Shown: in pieces, positions 18,304 through 29,305 of the stretch
Numbering within the stretch: position 1 is the first letter of the stretch
Layout of the letters: each line of letters starts with the position of its first letter
Origin: Candidatus Poribacteria bacterium
GTDB lineage: Bacteria; Poribacteria; WGA-4E; PCPOR2b
Reading direction: 5' to 3'
NCBI GenBank assembly: GCA_965215015.1
Contig: OZ244042.1
Coordinates: forward strand, 2,432,001-2,496,000
Length of the DNA stretch: 64,000 bases
Translations under genes and position numbers: made by a program
Notes under the pieces: generated by a model
Databases searched by the model: none
Seen by the model: only the letters and a program-made list of their open reading frames with translations
Told to the model about the DNA's origin: nothing

Positions 18304-19524
18304 ATGAGTAAGAGGAATTTAATGGAATATTGGAAGGTAGTTCGGTTAGAGGAAATTGCTGATATACGTGGAGGAACGTCGTTTCCCAAAGCGTATCAGG
18401 GCAATACAGAGGGGAAATACCCTTTTTACAAAGTGTCAGACATGAATATAGTAGGCAACGAAACTTTAATGCAAGCATCAAATAACTGGGTAGAGGAAGA
18501 TACTGTTGAGGTGCTTAGAGCAAAATTATTTTCAAAAGGTACAGTAATCTTTCCAAAAGTAGGTGCTGCTGTTCATACCAATAAGAAACGTCTCTTATCT
18601 TGCGATAGTTTGGTGGACAACAACGTGATGGGGATAACGATTCGGAATTATGACCTATGTATTCCTTATTATTTATTGTATTGGTTTCAATCTGTTGATT
18701 TAGTCGGCTTTTCAAATCCAGGCCCGCTTCCTTCGATTACTGTGACTACAGTAAAAAACGCAAAAATTCCCCTTCCCCCACTTCCCGAACAACGCGCCAT
18801 TGCCCACGTTTTACAGACAATCCAAGAAGCGAAAGCCGCACGGCAACGCGAGCTGGCCTTAGAACGCGAATGTAGAGCGGCGTTAATGGATTACCTTTTT
18901 TCATGCGGCACGAAGGGCGAACCCCACAATGTTCAACTCAAACAGATAGCTAGTTTAAGACGTGAGAATATCAAGCCGGAAGCTGATCTATACTCAAGCT
19001 ATGTAGGGCTTGAACATATTGATTCAGGTGAAAGCCAACTGAAACGTTGGGGGGATGCTTCAGAGGTAAAAAGCACAAAAAGTCGTTTTTATCCTGATGA
19101 TGTTTTATATGGTAAATTGCGAACCTATTTAGACAAGGCAGTCATTGCTGAAATGGAAGGAATTTGCTCTACTGATATTCTCGTTGTTACTGCAAACTCG
19201 AAAACGCTTCCAAGATTTTTAGTTTATCTTCTCCATACGCGTCCATTCATTAGTCATGCCGTGGCGACATCAACAGGGGTAAATCACCCAAGAACCTCGT
19301 GGAATTCTTTGGGAAGATTCACTTTCGCACTCCCCCCACTTCCCGAACAACGTGCTATCGCCCAAACCTTACAAGCCTGTGATACAAAAATCGATGCCCT
19401 TGAACAGGAAGCGGAATATCTAGACGATCTGTTCTACGCCATGCTTGACGAACTGATGACGGGGAAAAGATCTGCTGCGCCACTGATTGATGTAGAATCC
19501 GTGCAATCCACTTCATCAGTTTAA
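18304..19524 (+). CDS. hsdS: Type I RM system specificity subunit
   Basis: Two TRDs, each followed by LPPLPEQRAIA. Confidence 0.92.
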   Translation: MSKRNLMEYWKVVRLEEIADIRGGTSFPKAYQGNTEGKYPFYKVSDMNIVGNETLMQASNNWVEEDTVEVLRAKLFSKGTVIFPKVGAAVHTNKKRLLSCDSLVDNNVMGITIRNYDLCIPYYLLYWFQSVDLVGFSNPGPLPSITVTTVKNAKIPLPPLPEQRAIAHVLQTIQEAKAARQRELALERECRAALMDYLFSCGTKGEPHNVQLKQIASLRRENIKPEADLYSSYVGLEHIDSGESQLKRWGDASEVKSTKSRFYPDDVLYGKLRTYLDKAVIAEMEGICSTDILVVTANSKTLPRFLVYLLHTRPFISHAVATSTGVNHPRTSWNSLGRFTFALPPLPEQRAIAQTLQACDTKIDALEQEAEYLDDLFYAMLDELMTGKRSAAPLIDVESVQSTSSV

Positions 19525-19828
19525 TCCGTGATTCAGACAATTTTTACATGAGCGGAAAGCTTTAGGGGGCAACGTCGGGCTCCGCGTAACGTTCCGAGTA
19601 CCTTCTCGCCCAAACCCTTCGGAACGCAGTCATAGCCTGAATTTTTACACTTTTTTGTCTCTATCAAAGTCTCGCATTTACTATGAAAATTATGAAACTT
19701 TCAAACATCTCTCAATAGGGTTTACCACTGTCGGCCGACTCTTTTTTACGAAGATAAAGCGAGTTTGTTCTTGAAAACTCGGTTTCTGTTGCATAGGCGA
19801 CACCATTTAGGATCATTCAGAGAAGCTT

Positions 19829-22696
19829 ATGTCTGAACGCCCCGCTGTACAGAGTCCAATGATTAAATACGCCGATGGAATCGGTTGGGAATCTATCTCT
19901 GCCTCGGAGGCTGTGCGGATGCGCGGCGGGGAGACAGGGCGTTACTTCGCCGATGTACTAAAAACACAACTGATGAAACTCAACAGGGGGATACTAGACG
20001 AATCTCGTTGCGAGGAAATTATGCGACAGTTGCGTTTTCTCAATCCGACGTTGGAAGGAAACCGGGATGCCCTCTCTTGGCTGCGTGGAGAGAGGGCAGT
20101 TTTTGTCCCAGATGAGAACCGTGAGCGGAGTGTCACCTTGATTGATTACGATACCCCTACGAATAACCAGTTTCATGTAACCGACGAATGGACACAAAAA
20201 GGGGCAGTACACCGCAACCGTGCCGATCTTGTGTTTCTGATTAACGGGATTCCTGTGGCAGTGGTGGAGACCAAATCTGCTAACAAGCGGGAGGGATTGG
20301 CGGAAGGTGTCGATCAGATCCGCCGCTACCATCGCGAAACGCCGGAGATGTTTACCATCGCCCAACTGTTCGGTGTCACGCAACTGCTAGACTTTTTCTA
20401 CGGCGTGACATGGAACGTCAGCCGTAAAAACCTGTTTAACTATAAGATTGACGAACCCACAAATTACGAGGAGAAAGTCAAGACCTTCTTTGACCGTGAC
20501 CGATTCCTGAAAGTGTTACGAGAGTCGATTATTTTCCAGAGCAGAGACGATGCGCTGACCAAAATTGTGTTACGTCAGCACCAGGCCCGCGCTGTGGAGA
20601 AGGTGATTGAGCGAGTACACAATCCGAATAAGCGGCGCGGGCTAATTTGGCACACCCAGGGCAGCGGCAAGACCCTCACCATGATAACAATTGCGTCCCG
20701 GTTGTTGCGCGGTGGCGCGGCGGCGGAAAAGCCGACGGTGTTGATGTTGATTGATCGCAATGAATTAGAGAGCCAGCTATTTAGAAATATCACCGGCTAC
20801 GGCATCACCTCACATAGAGCCGCAAAGAGTAAGCGAGACCTGCAAGAGATTTTAGTATCCGATTATCGCGGCTTGATTGTCTCAATGATTCATAAGTTTA
20901 ACGATATACAGGCGAATATCAACACCCGCAAGGGTGTGACAGTACTGGTTGACGAAGCGCACCGAACGACCGGCGGCGATTTGGGTAACTACCTGATGGC
21001 AGCCCTTCCCAATGCAACCTATGTCGGCTTTACCGGCACCCCGATTGACAATATTTCTCAGGGCAAAGGAACCTTTAAGGTGTTCGGTGCGGACGACGAG
21101 CAGGGCTATCTGGATAAATACGCGATAGCCGAATCCATTGAAGACGGCACCACCGTTCCGTTGAATTATGCCCTTGCCCCCTCCGATTTGCAGGTTGACC
21201 GCGAAACGCTGGAACAAGAGTTTTTAAGGCTCGTGGTAGCAGAGGGTGTGAGCGATTTTGAGGAACTGGACGCGCTCCTTGACCGCGCGGTCCGGTTGAA
21301 AGCGATAATGAAAGCCCCCGATCGCGTGGATAAAATCGCCGCGGCTGTCGCCAAACATTTTCAGGAAAACGTGGGGCCGATGGGATTCAAGGCGTTTCTA
21401 ATCGCCGTGGACCGCGAGGCGTGTGCATTATATAAAACGGCACTCGATAGATATTTACCGCCAGAATATTCGGAGGTCGTCTATTCCCCTTACCATCAAG
21501 ATCCCGAAGCCATGAAAGCGTATCACCGCACCGATGACGAAGAGAAGGAGATTCGCAAAAAATTCGCTGATAAAAACGAGCCTCCCAAGATTCTGATTGT
21601 GACCCAAAAGCTGTTGACCGGCTTCGATGCTCCGATTCTTTACTGCATCTACCTCGATAAACCGATGCGTGACCATGTATTACTACAGGCAATCGCGCGT
21701 GTCAACCGCCCCTACGAGGACGACGACGGACTGATAAAACCGTACGGGTTTGTCCTAGATTTTGTCGGTATTTTTGCAAATTTGGAAAAAGCCCTCGCTT
21801 TTGATTCAGAAGAGGTGGGGAGCGTGATTCGGAATCTTGACCTACTCAAGCAACTTTTCACTAAACTAATTCAGGAGGATGCGGCACAATATTTGTCCTT
21901 TGCGAGAGGTTGGGACGATAAGGCGAAAGAGCGAGCGATTGAGCACTTTGAGGACAAGAAGGACAGAGAGGCGTTTTTCAAATTCTTCAAACAGCTGCAG
22001 GATATCTATACTATTCTTTCGCCGGACGCCTTCTTACGCCAGTTTATAGGTGATTATCAGTCGCTTGCCTTGCTCTATGGATTGATCCGTAACGCCTACG
22101 CCGACCGTATTTACGTCGATAAGGAGTTGACTGCCAAGACACGGGAACTGCTACAGCAACATACGGGCAGCGATCGGTTTGCGTTACCGGGATCTATTCA
22201 AGCGTTGAACGCAAACACATTGAGGGAAGTTGGGAACAGCGATGTGTCCGATAGGGTGAAGGTACTGAATTTGCGAAAGGTCCTGCATAAAACAGTAACA
22301 GAGGGAAGCCGGTCAAAACCGTTTCTCATTTCGATTGGGGAACGGGCGGAGGCACTTACAGAAGCGTACGAAAATCGCCAACTGACAACGCAAGAGGTAC
22401 TGGCTGCGTACAGGGAGTTAGTGGAGGAATGTGAACAGGCGTCAAGCGAACGGCTCCGAATGAACCTAGACGAAAACGCCTACGCAGTTTATACGGTTCT
22501 TAAAGAGTTTGCAGCGGACATTACCCCAGAACGGGTGCTAGAGGTCAATAGCGTGTTTGGCCAATTTCCCGATTATCAATGGAACGAACAGCAGGCCCGT
22601 GAGTTAAGAATTGAACTTTACCGTACCTTGAGACCAATTGTTACGCAAGGTGTTATGGCACCAACAAATGCCTTATTGAATATACAACGGATATGA
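19829..22696 (+). CDS. hsdR: Type I RM system restriction subunit
   Basis: RADLVFLINGIPVAVVETK nuclease motif, HTQGSGKT, DEAH, FTGTP, QAIARVNR. Confidence 0.94.
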   Translation: MSERPAVQSPMIKYADGIGWESISASEAVRMRGGETGRYFADVLKTQLMKLNRGILDESRCEEIMRQLRFLNPTLEGNRDALSWLRGERAVFVPDENRERSVTLIDYDTPTNNQFHVTDEWTQKGAVHRNRADLVFLINGIPVAVVETKSANKREGLAEGVDQIRRYHRETPEMFTIAQLFGVTQLLDFFYGVTWNVSRKNLFNYKIDEPTNYEEKVKTFFDRDRFLKVLRESIIFQSRDDALTKIVLRQHQARAVEKVIERVHNPNKRRGLIWHTQGSGKTLTMITIASRLLRGGAAAEKPTVLMLIDRNELESQLFRNITGYGITSHRAAKSKRDLQEILVSDYRGLIVSMIHKFNDIQANINTRKGVTVLVDEAHRTTGGDLGNYLMAALPNATYVGFTGTPIDNISQGKGTFKVFGADDEQGYLDKYAIAESIEDGTTVPLNYALAPSDLQVDRETLEQEFLRLVVAEGVSDFEELDALLDRAVRLKAIMKAPDRVDKIAAAVAKHFQENVGPMGFKAFLIAVDREACALYKTALDRYLPPEYSEVVYSPYHQDPEAMKAYHRTDDEEKEIRKKFADKNEPPKILIVTQKLLTGFDAPILYCIYLDKPMRDHVLLQAIARVNRPYEDDDGLIKPYGFVLDFVGIFANLEKALAFDSEEVGSVIRNLDLLKQLFTKLIQEDAAQYLSFARGWDDKAKERAIEHFEDKKDREAFFKFFKQLQDIYTILSPDAFLRQFIGDYQSLALLYGLIRNAYADRIYVDKELTAKTRELLQQHTGSDRFALPGSIQALNANTLREVGNSDVSDRVKVLNLRKVLHKTVTEGSRSKPFLISIGERAEALTEAYENRQLTTQEVLAAYRELVEECEQASSERLRMNLDENAYAVYTVLKEFAADITPERVLEVNSVFGQFPDYQWNEQQARELRIELYRTLRPIVTQGVMAPTNALLNIQRI

Positions 22697-23016
22697 AAAT
22701 CGAAGGTGTCTGGAGTGATCCAGAAGATTTGAAAGGTGCTGTGTGGGGATGGGCGGACCGCATCGGCGTGGAAGTTCGGGAGGTACATCTACGCGACATG
22801 CGGAGGAAGTGGGCATCTATATCAACGAATGGGCGGTTGACCCTCAGCACCGACTTGCTTAACCTGCCGGAAGCGTTGAGAGAGTTTGTCATCGTTCACG
22901 AATTAGTCCATCTCCTCGTCCCGAACCACGGGAAGGTGTTCAAGAGTTTCATGTCTGCCTACCTACCCGATTGGGAAGAACGGCAGCACCACCTACAAAC
23001 CTTGCCAAATGCCTAG
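22693..23016 (+). CDS. YgjP/DUF45-like M48 metallopeptidase-family protein associated with hsdR
   Basis: MRRKWAS, VHELVHL (HExxH), NHGKVF. Overlaps the hsdR stop (ATGA). Confidence 0.85.
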   Translation: MKIEGVWSDPEDLKGAVWGWADRIGVEVREVHLRDMRRKWASISTNGRLTLSTDLLNLPEALREFVIVHELVHLLVPNHGKVFKSFMSAYLPDWEERQHHLQTLPNA

Positions 23017-23178
23017 AGATCAACCCCTTCCATCCTGTAAACCAGCATCGTCCCGATGTTCTCCCCAATTGTGCCCCCGTCTAAAAAACTCAATTGTTTT
23101 CTTAGTGAGGTGTCAACTCAGATCAAAATATTTCCGTCATAGAAACAAACTAAAAATATCAAAGGAGAATAGTGCCTC

Positions 23179-25422
23179 ATGAGGAGATTTTTAATTTTTT
23201 TTCTATTTATCCTATCCATCTACCCCGTTATCGCATTTGGACAACAATCCCCAACCCCCCCCGGAGAAATTTACGGTACAGTCTATCAACGAGATCCTGA
23301 GCAGCAAGTCGCACCCGCGCAGGTCCGCATCATAGAAACAAATCAGCGCGCCACAACCGATCAGAACGGCGAATTTCGATTCCGCAACCTATCCGCCGGA
23401 AAATATACACTCACCGCCTCCGCTCCCGGTTATCGTCTGCCGGAGGATGTCGTCGTTACCATCAAGCCGGGGGAAGCAACCCAACTTAAAATTTACCTTG
23501 AGCAGATTGCAGTTATTCTTGATGAGGTAGAAGTGACGGGAGAGCGTGCCGTGCCAACCGTTGGCAGACAGAGTCTCGGTAGCTCAGAGATTCAGCGCGT
23601 TCCCGGTGCCGTAGGCGATGCCCTGCGCGCCCTGCAAGCCTTGCCCAGTATCGGCGTCGCAAACGACTTTAGCGGTGCCCTCTATATTCGCGGCGGCTCC
23701 GATGAAGATAATCTATACTATTTTGACCGGGTCCCGATCGGTTATCCCTACCATTTTGGCGGAATTGTCTCGTCCCTCAGCTCCGAAGTCATCGAGCGGA
23801 TCGATGTCTACGCCGGCGGCTATGGTGCCGAATTTGGTGTCGATTCTCAGGCGGTGATTGACATCTATTCCCGGAACAAAAACACCGATGGTTTCCGCGC
23901 AAAATTGAACCTGAACGTGCTTTACTCCGAAGGACTGTTGGAGGGCAAAGTCGGCGATCAGGGGTTCTGGTATGCTGCAGGGCGGCGGAGTTACATTGAC
24001 CTGTTCCTTGGATCGTTATCATTTGATAGTGGACAAATCACCGCCTTCCCCCGGTTCTGGGATTATCAGGTAAAGGGTGGCTATAACCTCAATGACAAGC
24101 ATCAACTCTCTCTGAACCTGTTTGCCTCTGGGGACAACTTTGCACTTAAACTGGATGGCGAGGATGTAGACGAGGATGTTAGAGGGAACATTAGCTTCGG
24201 GAGCGGCTTTGAAGGGGCTGGGGTGCATCTTCGTTCCCGGCTCACAGACCGCTTGACCTCCTTTTTATCCTTGACTCGTTCCTATTTCCAATTCGATGTG
24301 AATGTCGGTCCGGAACTTTCTCTCAAGATTGATGCACCAGATTACGTGCTCCGCGAGGATATTACCTATACCTTAACACCGAAACATCGACTTGAATCCG
24401 GCGTGATACTTGGGCTCGAACCGGGCAGAGCGACTGGCAGGTTTATCCGTCCGCCCGATGAAGGTGAGATTGATTATGATCCACGGTTTATCGAAAAGCA
24501 AATGTTCGATGAATCCGTACTTGGCAAACGGATGGAAGTGTATCTGCAGGACCGGTATCAGGTGTTGCCATTCTTGTCAGTTGTGCTCGGTTTACGTGGG
24601 GATTACTTTAACCGTGTTGACGAACTTTCCATCCAACCGCGCGGGAGTCTCCTCTTTGAAATTATGGAAGGCTCTCAACTCCAATTCTCTTACGGCAACT
24701 ATTATCAGGTGCCGGGGCCACCGCGACTTACCCAGAGCGTTGGGAACCCCGACTTGAGCACAAGCCAAGCCAGTCACTATGTATTGGAGTTCACACGCCA
24801 AGTCTCGGAAGGGACAGTGTTCAAATTCGCAGGTTATTACAAAGACCTTGCGAACCTTGTAACCAACGATGATGATATGGCCTATCTTAACCAAGGCGTT
24901 GGATTTGCACAGGGGACTGAGGTGTTCCTACGCCATCGCGCAGGGAATCGATTTTTGGGTTGGGGCTCTTACGCGTATGGGCTCTCTAAACGCCGTGACC
25001 GGCCGGGGGAACCGTATCGCTACTATTCGTTTGACCAGACGCACGTGGCTACCTTGGCAGCGACTTACAACCTCACGCCGACTTGGGAAATCGGTGTGAA
25101 ATGGCAGTACCGAACCGGCAATCCCTATACCCCGGTGCTAGATGCAATCCTTCAAACTGATCCGCGTAACGGCGAATCTATCTACATCCCAATTTACGCG
25201 GAAACAAATTCAGCGCGGCTGCCACCCTATCACCGGCTGGATGTGAAACTCAGTAAAGCGTTTCGGTTTGAGAGTTGGGAGATGCGTCTCTTTCTTGAAC
25301 TCCTAAACGCCTATAATCGCAAAAATCTGCTCGATTTCAGCTACAACGATGATTATACAGAAAAAGACGAAATCTACCAATTCCCAATCATCCCCTACCT
25401 AGGAATTACCACCGAGTTTTGA
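23179..25422 (+). CDS. TonB-dependent outer membrane receptor
   Basis: Signal peptide, carboxypeptidase-regulatory-like N-domain, plug (IRGG..DEN), RLPPYHRLD, C-terminal Phe. Confidence 0.88.
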   Translation: MRRFLIFFLFILSIYPVIAFGQQSPTPPGEIYGTVYQRDPEQQVAPAQVRIIETNQRATTDQNGEFRFRNLSAGKYTLTASAPGYRLPEDVVVTIKPGEATQLKIYLEQIAVILDEVEVTGERAVPTVGRQSLGSSEIQRVPGAVGDALRALQALPSIGVANDFSGALYIRGGSDEDNLYYFDRVPIGYPYHFGGIVSSLSSEVIERIDVYAGGYGAEFGVDSQAVIDIYSRNKNTDGFRAKLNLNVLYSEGLLEGKVGDQGFWYAAGRRSYIDLFLGSLSFDSGQITAFPRFWDYQVKGGYNLNDKHQLSLNLFASGDNFALKLDGEDVDEDVRGNISFGSGFEGAGVHLRSRLTDRLTSFLSLTRSYFQFDVNVGPELSLKIDAPDYVLREDITYTLTPKHRLESGVILGLEPGRATGRFIRPPDEGEIDYDPRFIEKQMFDESVLGKRMEVYLQDRYQVLPFLSVVLGLRGDYFNRVDELSIQPRGSLLFEIMEGSQLQFSYGNYYQVPGPPRLTQSVGNPDLSTSQASHYVLEFTRQVSEGTVFKFAGYYKDLANLVTNDDDMAYLNQGVGFAQGTEVFLRHRAGNRFLGWGSYAYGLSKRRDRPGEPYRYYSFDQTHVATLAATYNLTPTWEIGVKWQYRTGNPYTPVLDAILQTDPRNGESIYIPIYAETNSARLPPYHRLDVKLSKAFRFESWEMRLFLELLNAYNRKNLLDFSYNDDYTEKDEIYQFPIIPYLGITTEF

Positions 25423-25865
25423 GTAGTCACGCTATTCAACCCCCATCACGATAGACGATAAATCGCCCGACAGGAGTCGGCATACACCGTATGCCGCAAC
25501 TGTTGGGCCAATGATGGCACGCAGAGCGGTTCTACCACTGTCGGATGAACTGGAGTTGCCCGATTCATCGGGCGGCGTGAGTCGGATAGATACCAACACT
25601 GTTGTGCAACAGTGGACACCCGACACGGTTGCACAACGTTCCGGGTAGGTTGAGCCAGGGCTGTCGCGCAATATACTAGATATTTTCAATTCACCAAACA
25701 CTGTCGAGTAACACACTTGGTATTTGATGAATCACCGCCCTACGAGGGCTTGAACGTTCAACTGCGTAAGTCCTACCGGTGTCCAAGGAGTGACAGAATC
25801 TTCGACGGAAACGCGAATCTGTTTGACCACTTAACCGTCCAGATAATCTTCATACGGGAGGAAAC

Positions 25866-27332
25866 ATGAGACCCAACATTCTTATCTTTATGACCGATCA
25901 GGAGCAAGCCGACGTGGTGCATCCAGACCATCCATGTATCACACCAAACGCTACAAGGTTAGCGCAGGAAGGGGTTCTCTTTCGCCGTTCATTTTGTCCG
26001 ACGGCACACTGCTGTCCCTCACGGGCAACCTTCATGACCGGCCTATATCCCAGTCGGCACGGTATCTACAACAACGTCAGCAATCCGACCGCCATCCACC
26101 ACACCCTCTACGAAGGTGTCGGGATGTTCAGTGAAGTACTACGATCTTCGGGCTATAACTTGGCATACGCCGGGAAATGGCATGTCACTGACGCAGAGAA
26201 CCCATCCGACCGTGGCTGGGAGGATTTACATGTCACAGCGGGCAAAGGCAGCTACATGCACCGCTCAGTTACCCAGTGGCAGAAGCAAGCCAAACAACCC
26301 GAATCGACGGAACGCCAGCGTGGGCAAATTCTCCGTCCCGGCTGGGGACACTATCAATTATATCAATCCTACCCGACCGACACACCGAAGGGCTACGAAG
26401 ACCATCGAGATTATCGCGTTGTGCAGTCCGGGTTGGATGCGTTGCAGCGATTATCCCAGGGAGACGCGCCGTGGTGCCTATACATCGGACCGAGCGGACC
26501 CCATGACCCGTTCATCGTACCGGAGCGATTTGCCCAAATGTATGACCCCAAAGAGATTCCGCTGCCCTCAAACTTCCACGATACACTTGAAGACAAACCC
26601 CGTGTGTATCAACGGGCGCACCGACAGTATTGGGGACAACTTTCGGAAGACGAAGTGCGCGAGTCCATCCAGCACTATTGGGGCTACTGCACAATGGAGG
26701 ACGCGATGTTTGGCGAGGTGGTTGAAGCACTGGAGGAGACAGGACAGGCGGAGAACACCCTTGTTTTACGAATGAGCGACCACGGCGATTACTGCGGCGC
26801 ACACGGCTTGTATCTCAAAGGGGTGCCTGCATTCCGTGAGGCTTATAACATCGCCACGATTGCCCGGTGGCCCCAAGGGATTGCCAATCCCAACCGCGAA
26901 GTCGATGAATTTGTCAGCCTCGCCGATTTCGCACCGACCTTCATTGAATTGGCAGGCGAATCCGTACCAGAGGACCTGACAGGCAGGAGCCTTGCGCCAT
27001 TCCTGAGAGATGAAACTCCCTCCGATTGGACGGATACATTCTACACACAGTTCAACGGTGTTGAGTTGTATTACAGCCAGCGTGTTGTGAGCACCAAAGA
27101 ATTCAAGTACGTCTACAACGGCTTCGATTTCGATGAGGTGTACGACCTCCGGAACGACCCGCACGAGATGGTGAACCTCAGCGATCACCCCGACTATCAG
27201 GAAGTAAAGCGCGATCTGGTGCGTCGGATGTGGCGATTCGCGGGACGTGAAGACGACATTATCTTCAACCCGTATGCAACAGTGGCATTTGCGCCGTGGG
27301 GGCCCGCCGATGCCTTACGGGACGAAGCGTGA
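25866..27332 (+). CDS. Sulfatase
   Basis: RPNILIFMTDQ, CCPSRA (CxPxR), GKWH, SDHG. Confidence 0.92.
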   Translation: MRPNILIFMTDQEQADVVHPDHPCITPNATRLAQEGVLFRRSFCPTAHCCPSRATFMTGLYPSRHGIYNNVSNPTAIHHTLYEGVGMFSEVLRSSGYNLAYAGKWHVTDAENPSDRGWEDLHVTAGKGSYMHRSVTQWQKQAKQPESTERQRGQILRPGWGHYQLYQSYPTDTPKGYEDHRDYRVVQSGLDALQRLSQGDAPWCLYIGPSGPHDPFIVPERFAQMYDPKEIPLPSNFHDTLEDKPRVYQRAHRQYWGQLSEDEVRESIQHYWGYCTMEDAMFGEVVEALEETGQAENTLVLRMSDHGDYCGAHGLYLKGVPAFREAYNIATIARWPQGIANPNREVDEFVSLADFAPTFIELAGESVPEDLTGRSLAPFLRDETPSDWTDTFYTQFNGVELYYSQRVVSTKEFKYVYNGFDFDEVYDLRNDPHEMVNLSDHPDYQEVKRDLVRRMWRFAGREDDIIFNPYATVAFAPWGPADALRDEA

Positions 27333-27346
27333 AGAGGATCAACTTC

Positions 27347-28789
27347 ATGGCAACTCTTAAAGGCGTTATTCGAGACAGTGTTTCGGGTGCCTCCGTCGAG
27401 GCGAAAGTCCATGTCCTGACCAGTAGCGGTCGTTTTGTCCATCCGGCTGATAGTATCCTGAAGATTGGGCCGGGCGACCCATTTTTCTATTGTTCGGGGG
27501 AGTTTAGCGTGGACGTGCCACGTGGTTCGACAGACATCGTGGTTGAACGTGGGACGGAGTACGAACCCCTTAGGAAGGTTGTTTCAATGCCCGCGAAGGG
27601 GGCGATTGAAGTCGAGCTGCATCTCAAACGGTGGGCAGACCTTCCATCGCAGGGATGGTATCCTGGGAATACACATCTCCACTACAACGAGGAGGAGGCT
27701 ATGCCCGATGATCGGTTGCGGCTTGATCCAAAGGTCCACGATTTGAATGTGACTGTTATCAGCATCCTGCAGCGAGGTGAAATACCCTATGCTAGCAATA
27801 AGTATCCGCTCGGATTCATGACCGATTATTCGACCGCCCACCATCTAGTGGATTGCGGCGAGGAGAACCGCCACAACTCCCGTCACGGCGGTGGGTCTGG
27901 GCATGTCATGTTCTTGCACATCAAGAATTTGGTTGAGCCTGTCAGTCGCGGCGACCTCGTCAGCAACTTTGACCCCGACTATCCACCGATCTGTTACGCC
28001 TGTGACGACGCTAAACGACAGGGAGGCATCGTGTTGTGGTGCCACAACGGACGGGGAATGGAAGCACCGGTGGCGGCAGCATTAGGAAAGTTGGATGCCT
28101 TTAATCTGTTCGATCCCTCTTGGAAAGACCTCGAATATGACATCTGGTATCATCTGCTTAACTGCGGCGTTTCACTGCCTGCATCAACCGGGACGGATTG
28201 GTTCATCTGTGCAAACAACCGCGTCTATGTCCAAACCGATGGCGAATTTACCTATGAAAACTGGTTGAGGGGTTTGCAGGCGGGACGCACCTTTATCACG
28301 AATGGACCGGCCCTATTTCTGAACCTCGATGGAAATACACCCGGCAGCACTATCGAATCGCCGAATGGGCATCCTCGCACGATGTCGGGGCAAATCGCGT
28401 GGCAGTCGTACTACCCGCTCAACCGCGTTGAATTGGTTCACAACGGGGCAGTCACACAAACGGTGTCACTCGACGAGGTAAGACAGGGTGGGGAATGGAC
28501 GTTTGACCTCAGGATCGAAACCGATGGCTGGGTCGCGGCACGCGCCTTCGGAGAAGCCCGTGACAGCTTTGCACAACCGATTTATGCACACACAAGTCCC
28601 ATCTATATCGGCATAGGTCTCCCTGCCGACATCGTGCATGGGTCAGCAGCGTTCTTTGTCCGCTCGATTGATAGTGCGATGGAGATAGTGAAGCGGGATT
28701 GGCGGTTTACAAAAGATACACAGCGGGCAGAAGTCCTACACCTATTCAACGAAGGACGAAAAGTTTACGCAAACTTAGCAGGGCTTTAG
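27347..28789 (+). CDS. CehA/McbA-family (PHP-like) metallohydrolase
   Basis: GWYPGNTHLH, WCH, GTD, GRTFITNGP, AHTSPIYI. RBS GAGGA. Confidence 0.8.
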   Translation: MATLKGVIRDSVSGASVEAKVHVLTSSGRFVHPADSILKIGPGDPFFYCSGEFSVDVPRGSTDIVVERGTEYEPLRKVVSMPAKGAIEVELHLKRWADLPSQGWYPGNTHLHYNEEEAMPDDRLRLDPKVHDLNVTVISILQRGEIPYASNKYPLGFMTDYSTAHHLVDCGEENRHNSRHGGGSGHVMFLHIKNLVEPVSRGDLVSNFDPDYPPICYACDDAKRQGGIVLWCHNGRGMEAPVAAALGKLDAFNLFDPSWKDLEYDIWYHLLNCGVSLPASTGTDWFICANNRVYVQTDGEFTYENWLRGLQAGRTFITNGPALFLNLDGNTPGSTIESPNGHPRTMSGQIAWQSYYPLNRVELVHNGAVTQTVSLDEVRQGGEWTFDLRIETDGWVAARAFGEARDSFAQPIYAHTSPIYIGIGLPADIVHGSAAFFVRSIDSAMEIVKRDWRFTKDTQRAEVLHLFNEGRKVYANLAGL

Positions 28790-29305
28790 GGATTGCTCGC
28801 TTAATTGAGGAAATTAGGTGAGGGGTGTTAGAAAATAACTGAGGCGTGCTCATAAATAGGACCTGATGTGTATACCCCTTCATATCCCTTAACGGGTAGG
28901 GTTGGGGCTCCCAACCCGTTGGACTTGGAAACCGAGCCCCTACAATTGGCCAAGGCAATCTTGCCGAAGCGAGCAAGGACACGCATTGAATAATGAGCAC
29001 CTCTCAAATAAATAACCCTGTTCGTAGTAGCGCAATTCATTGCCCGTTTGTTCCTACGCGTTTGTTGCTATCCATGCCCTCCGCTAAAGCCGCGATCCAA
29101 CGCTTTTTTCATTCATGTCAATTGGCGGAGATTTGCGGAGGTATTTTTCAATCATGAATCCGCGCGAATCTTCGCTAATTGCTATTCACACGCGCCGACA
29201 GATTTTCCCGAACGTTCAATCGTTTCTCAATCCGTGTCCTCTGTTTAATCCGTAATTCAGACAATGATTATGTACACTCCTTGCTTAATTCATTCCAACT
29301 CAGGT

